Source of the DNA: an uncultured virus (IMG/VR IMGVR_UViG_2061766007_000307)
Taxonomy: Duplodnaviria; Heunggongvirae; Uroviricota; Caudoviricetes
Reading direction: 5' to 3' (one strand)
Length of the DNA stretch: 64,000 bases
IMG/VR virus record: IMGVR_UViG_2061766007_000307
Numbering within the stretch: the first letter of the stretch is position 1; every line of letters begins with the position of its first letter. The notes below the pieces were generated by a model. It did no database searches. It was not told where the DNA came from and saw only the letters and a program-made list of their open reading frames with translations. The translations under genes were made by a program, and so were the position numbers. Below are positions 61,204-64,000 of this stretch, piece after piece.

Positions 61204-61366
61204 ATGATAAAACAATGACAAAACCATACGCATGCCCTTTTTCAGCCCCTACGTTTTAGACTGCATTAGTGATATTACCTATCGATTTCCTAACATACGT
61301 TTTAGGAATGAATTAGTGATATCCTCCAACACAGGCTAAACTAGCTCTTCGTGGGATTGTTTTATG

Positions 61367-61441
61367 CGGTGCATACGGGACTCGAACCCGTGAATCTCCT
61401 TCGTGACAGGAAGGCATCCTAACCAACTGAACGAATGCACC
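61367..61441 (-). tRNA. tRNA-Asp(GTC)
   Basis: ccttc-ctgtcac-gaagg. Confidence 0.9.
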
Positions 61442-61621
61442 AGTTAGTGATGATGTGATAGAAATCATCACATGAAACAACTTATCCCATTAAGGTTTAC
61501 TATCAAACCTCCTTAGCCAACTGCCATAGCCGCTANNNNNNNNNNNNNNNNNNNNNNNNNNATGTTTCAACTCCTAGGTTGCTCTATCTGCGTGTACTAG
61601 ACGCGTCAGGCCGCAATTGCG

Positions 61622-61693
61622 CGCTCACAGCAGGGCTCGAACCTACAACCACTTGATTAACAGTCAAGTGCTCTACCATTGAGCTATGTGAGC
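61622..61693 (-). tRNA. tRNA-Asn(GTT)
   Basis: cttga-ctgttaa-tcaag. Confidence 0.9.
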
Positions 61694-61707
61694 ATAATGT
61701 TTATATG

Positions 61708-61781
61708 TGGACTCTATGGGACTTGAACCCATGACCCCCTGCGTGCAAGGCAGGTGCTCTAGCTAACTGAGCTAAGAGCCC
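61708..61781 (-). tRNA. tRNA-Ala(TGC)
   Basis: cctgc-cttgcac-gcagg; G3:U70. Confidence 0.95.
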
Positions 61782-61893
61782 TAAAATGGTTGCTTTGTTT
61801 TGTCCTTCTTAAAAGCACTTAAAGCGCGCTATAATGCCTAAGATTGGCCGATGCATTAAGAAAAGCAGCCGAAAAACTCTACACCCTTTCACG

Positions 61894-61968
61894 TGGATCT
61901 GACTAGATTCGAACTAGTGACAACCCGGCTCTTCAGGCCGGTGCTCTTCCTACTGAGCTACAGACTCC
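61894..61968 (-). tRNA. tRNA-Phe(GAA), imperfect acceptor stem
   Basis: ccggc-ctgaaga-gccgg. Confidence 0.8.
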
Positions 61969-61974
61969 ATATTG

Positions 61975-62049
61975 TGGCGGGGACAGGGTTCGAACCTGTG
62001 TCGTTCGGCTTATGAGGCTGAGCTGGAACCATCTCCAGTCCGCCCAGCT
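61975..62049 (-). tRNA. tRNA-Met/Ile2(CAT), imperfect stems
   Basis: tcagc-ctcataa-gccga; T arm acagg-ttcgaac-cctgt. Confidence 0.65.
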
Positions 62050-62089
62050 ATGTATTTTATTATCAGACTTGTCAAAGATCTAAATCAAG

Positions 62090-62162
62090 AGCCTCTGGCC
62101 GGACTTGAACCGACAGCCTATTGATTACAAATCAATCGTTCTACCAATTGAACTACAGAGGC
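62090..62162 (-). tRNA. tRNA-Thr(TGT)
   Basis: attga-tttgtaa-tcaat. Confidence 0.9.
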
Positions 62163-62180
62163 ATTTTGTTTCACATTTAT

Positions 62181-62281
62181 GTGAACTACTCATGAACTAA
62201 AGATTCATGAGCTTCGGATTTCAACGGGTTATTTGCGTTGCGTACAGACCAACTTTTCAGTTGGTTTAGACTCCGTCTTAT
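62181..62281 (-). mobile_element. IS605-type right end/omegaRNA (long variant), truncated by a gap
   Basis: Near-identical to 50813-50915 on the opposite strand. Confidence 0.8.
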
Positions 62282-62291
62282 NNNNNNNNNN

Positions 62292-63044
62292 CAGGAATAT
62301 GACAATCTCCGTAACACCAAGCGGAAAATACTATGTATCAATATTATCCGAAGTTGAACATAAACCTTCAAGGAAAACCAACAAGAAGGTTGGAATCGAC
62401 TTGGGTATCAAGGATTTCATAGTAACTAGCGATGGTGTGAGGTATTCAAGCAACAAGTTCATCAAACGCTACACCAAGAAACTTGCAAAAGTACAAAAGT
62501 GCTTATCAAAGAAGCATAATGGCAGTGGAGAATGGCATAAAATGAGACTACGTGTTGCAAGAATACATGAGAAAATACATAACTGCCGCATGGATAAATT
62601 ACATAAGATTTCCGCCGATTTGGTAAGGAATTATGATGTGATTTGTTGTGAGGATTTGAATGTGAAAGGAATACAGAGAAATAGACGGCTCGCCCAAAGC
62701 ATAGCTGATGCTAGTTGGGGTACATTCTTGAATCTTCTTTCGTATAAATGTGCGAGGGACGACAAACAGATCGTAAAGGTTGGTCGTTTCTACCCGTCAT
62801 CCAAGACTTGCCATCACTGTGGCTATGTTAAGAAAGATTTGTCTCTAAAAGACAGAAATTGGAAATGCCCTCATTGCGGACGTATGATTGATCGCGATTT
62901 GAACGCGTCAATCAACATCCTTAATGAAGGTATTAAAAGCATATCGACTGGAACGGTCGATTATACGGAGGGAGCAGACGTAAGACCTACCCGTAGGCAG
63001 TCAGCGTTGAAATCCGAAGCCCACGAATCTTTAGTTCGTGGGTA
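62292..63044 (+). CDS. tnpB: TnpB RNA-guided endonuclease, 5' part lost in an assembly gap
   Basis: GIDLGIK, CEDLNV, PSSKTCHHCG..CPHCG, DRDLNASINI; 3' end overlaps the omegaRNA/right end. Confidence 0.9.
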
Positions 63045-63126
63045 NNNNNNNNNNNNNNNNNNNNNNNNNNNNNNNNNNNNNNNNNNNNNNNNNNNNNNNN
63101 NNNNNNNNNNNNNNNNNNNNNNNNNN

Positions 63127-63652
63127 CAATAGTGTTGACATCACCTGTTACAGCGTTCACACTGACAAAACCAGTACCCATAGAACCGAAGATATACTCT
63201 GGATCTGTTGGCTTTGGACCAAGGATACGTCTCAAGACACACAATCTAGACTGAGGCTTGATGATATCTGCCATCTGCAATCTCTTTATAGCACTGTCTA
63301 ATGAAATAATGTGATCAAGATCCACTGGCATATCTTCTAGCCACCATGTCTGTGTTCTTGTTACAAAAGTGCTGTTTTTCTGATGGTAGAACTGGATGCA
63401 CATTGATGTGTCCTGTACAACATTCATCACTCTTTCGATGCGTACAGTACCTTCTGCTGTGATGTTGTCTGTGAACGTTATCTGGCTTTCATAGAATACA
63501 GCAGCATCGGACTTCTGAGATTCAGTAGCAAAATCTTCTTTAGCCACTTCCAAAAAGTTGTCAACAGTAACTGTGACAGAACGTTTCTTGGTACATGAGC
63601 TGAACGCTAATACGGCGATCAAGCTTGCGAATAAAAAAATAATTTTTTTCAT
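63127..63652 (-). CDS. Lipoprotein (stop codon lies in the gap)
   Basis: MKKIIFLFASLIAVLAFSSC lipobox. Confidence 0.75.
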
Positions 63653-63837
63653 AAAAAGTATATAAATTGTTTATAGTGTACGTCTTATATGCACATTATA
63701 TCTGACCGCATAGTTTCTCTCATACAGAAACTAATTCAGTATACGCGCAAAAGTCCTAATTGGACCTCCAGACTAGAGGGCACGCCTCACAACCATTGCA
63801 GTGTAATCCTCATCAAACACTATACGGAACACTTTCT

Positions 63838-64000
63838 GTGAACTGCCCACGAACCAAAGATTCAAGGGCTTCGGATTTCAACGCTGACGGCCTACGAATA
63901 GGTCTTACGTCTGCTCCCTCCGTATAATCGACCGTTCCAGCCGATATTATATCACAAGCCAAGATTAGTGCAATTCATCCCAAAACTGACGATTTTTGGG
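63838..64000 (-). mobile_element. Minimal IS605-derived mini-element (short omegaRNA variant)
   Basis: Left hairpin cccaaaa..ttttggg-gatgaat, about 30 nt, then a copy of the tnpB 3' end finishing cagttcac. Confidence 0.8.

Noticed and set aside
61788..61870. Inverted repeat ggttgcttt/aaagcagcc between tRNA-Ala and tRNA-Phe
   Set aside because: Single imperfect hairpin; too little evidence to call an RNA gene
62233..63301. ORF-track proteins spanning N runs (62186-62371, the N-terminus of 62233, 63038-63301; also 59686-59877)
   Set aside because: Artefacts of reading through assembly gaps and RNA elements
63790..63820. Hammerhead/twister or RNase P resemblance (ttgatgag, gaggattac)
   Set aside because: Core consensus and required stems do not fit
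1..64000. TAG recoding as in Lak megaphages
   Set aside because: Long genes are intact in code 11 and TAG ends genes at 9491, 48444 and 58565; no suppressor tRNA seen

Overview
Part of a large T4-like (myovirus-type) jumbo phage genome in genetic code 11. The host is most likely a Bacteroidota, judged from TTTG-N20-TATCTTTA promoters, Bacteroidales-type adhesin domains and lipoproteins. 1-14.8 kb is a head-to-tail array of 15 complete DUF285/BspA-like leucine-rich-repeat genes, plus one partial and one decayed copy. Thirteen begin with an MKTFSEY...(I/V)xE leader that closely resembles the T4 internal-protein capsid targeting sequence and gp21 cleavage site, and most have their own GTAAAT late-type promoter. 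This suggests a virion-packaged, injected and diversified LRR repertoire (main finding; function is inferred). 14.9-42 kb holds virion genes (gp14- and gp13-like neck, tail/baseplate, spanin, tape measure, possible gp2) with a tnpB insertion. 42-53 kb holds nucleic-acid metabolism genes (kinase, RtcB, DHH, DNA ligase, dCMP deaminase). 53-59.7 kb holds a RimK-like ligase, holin, prohead protease-scaffold fusion, portal and a DUF1704 peptidase. 59.7-64 kb is a tRNA cluster with large structured ncRNA candidates, a second tnpB and several IS605-derived mini-elements; this part contains assembly gaps. All family calls are from motif recognition; no searches were run.
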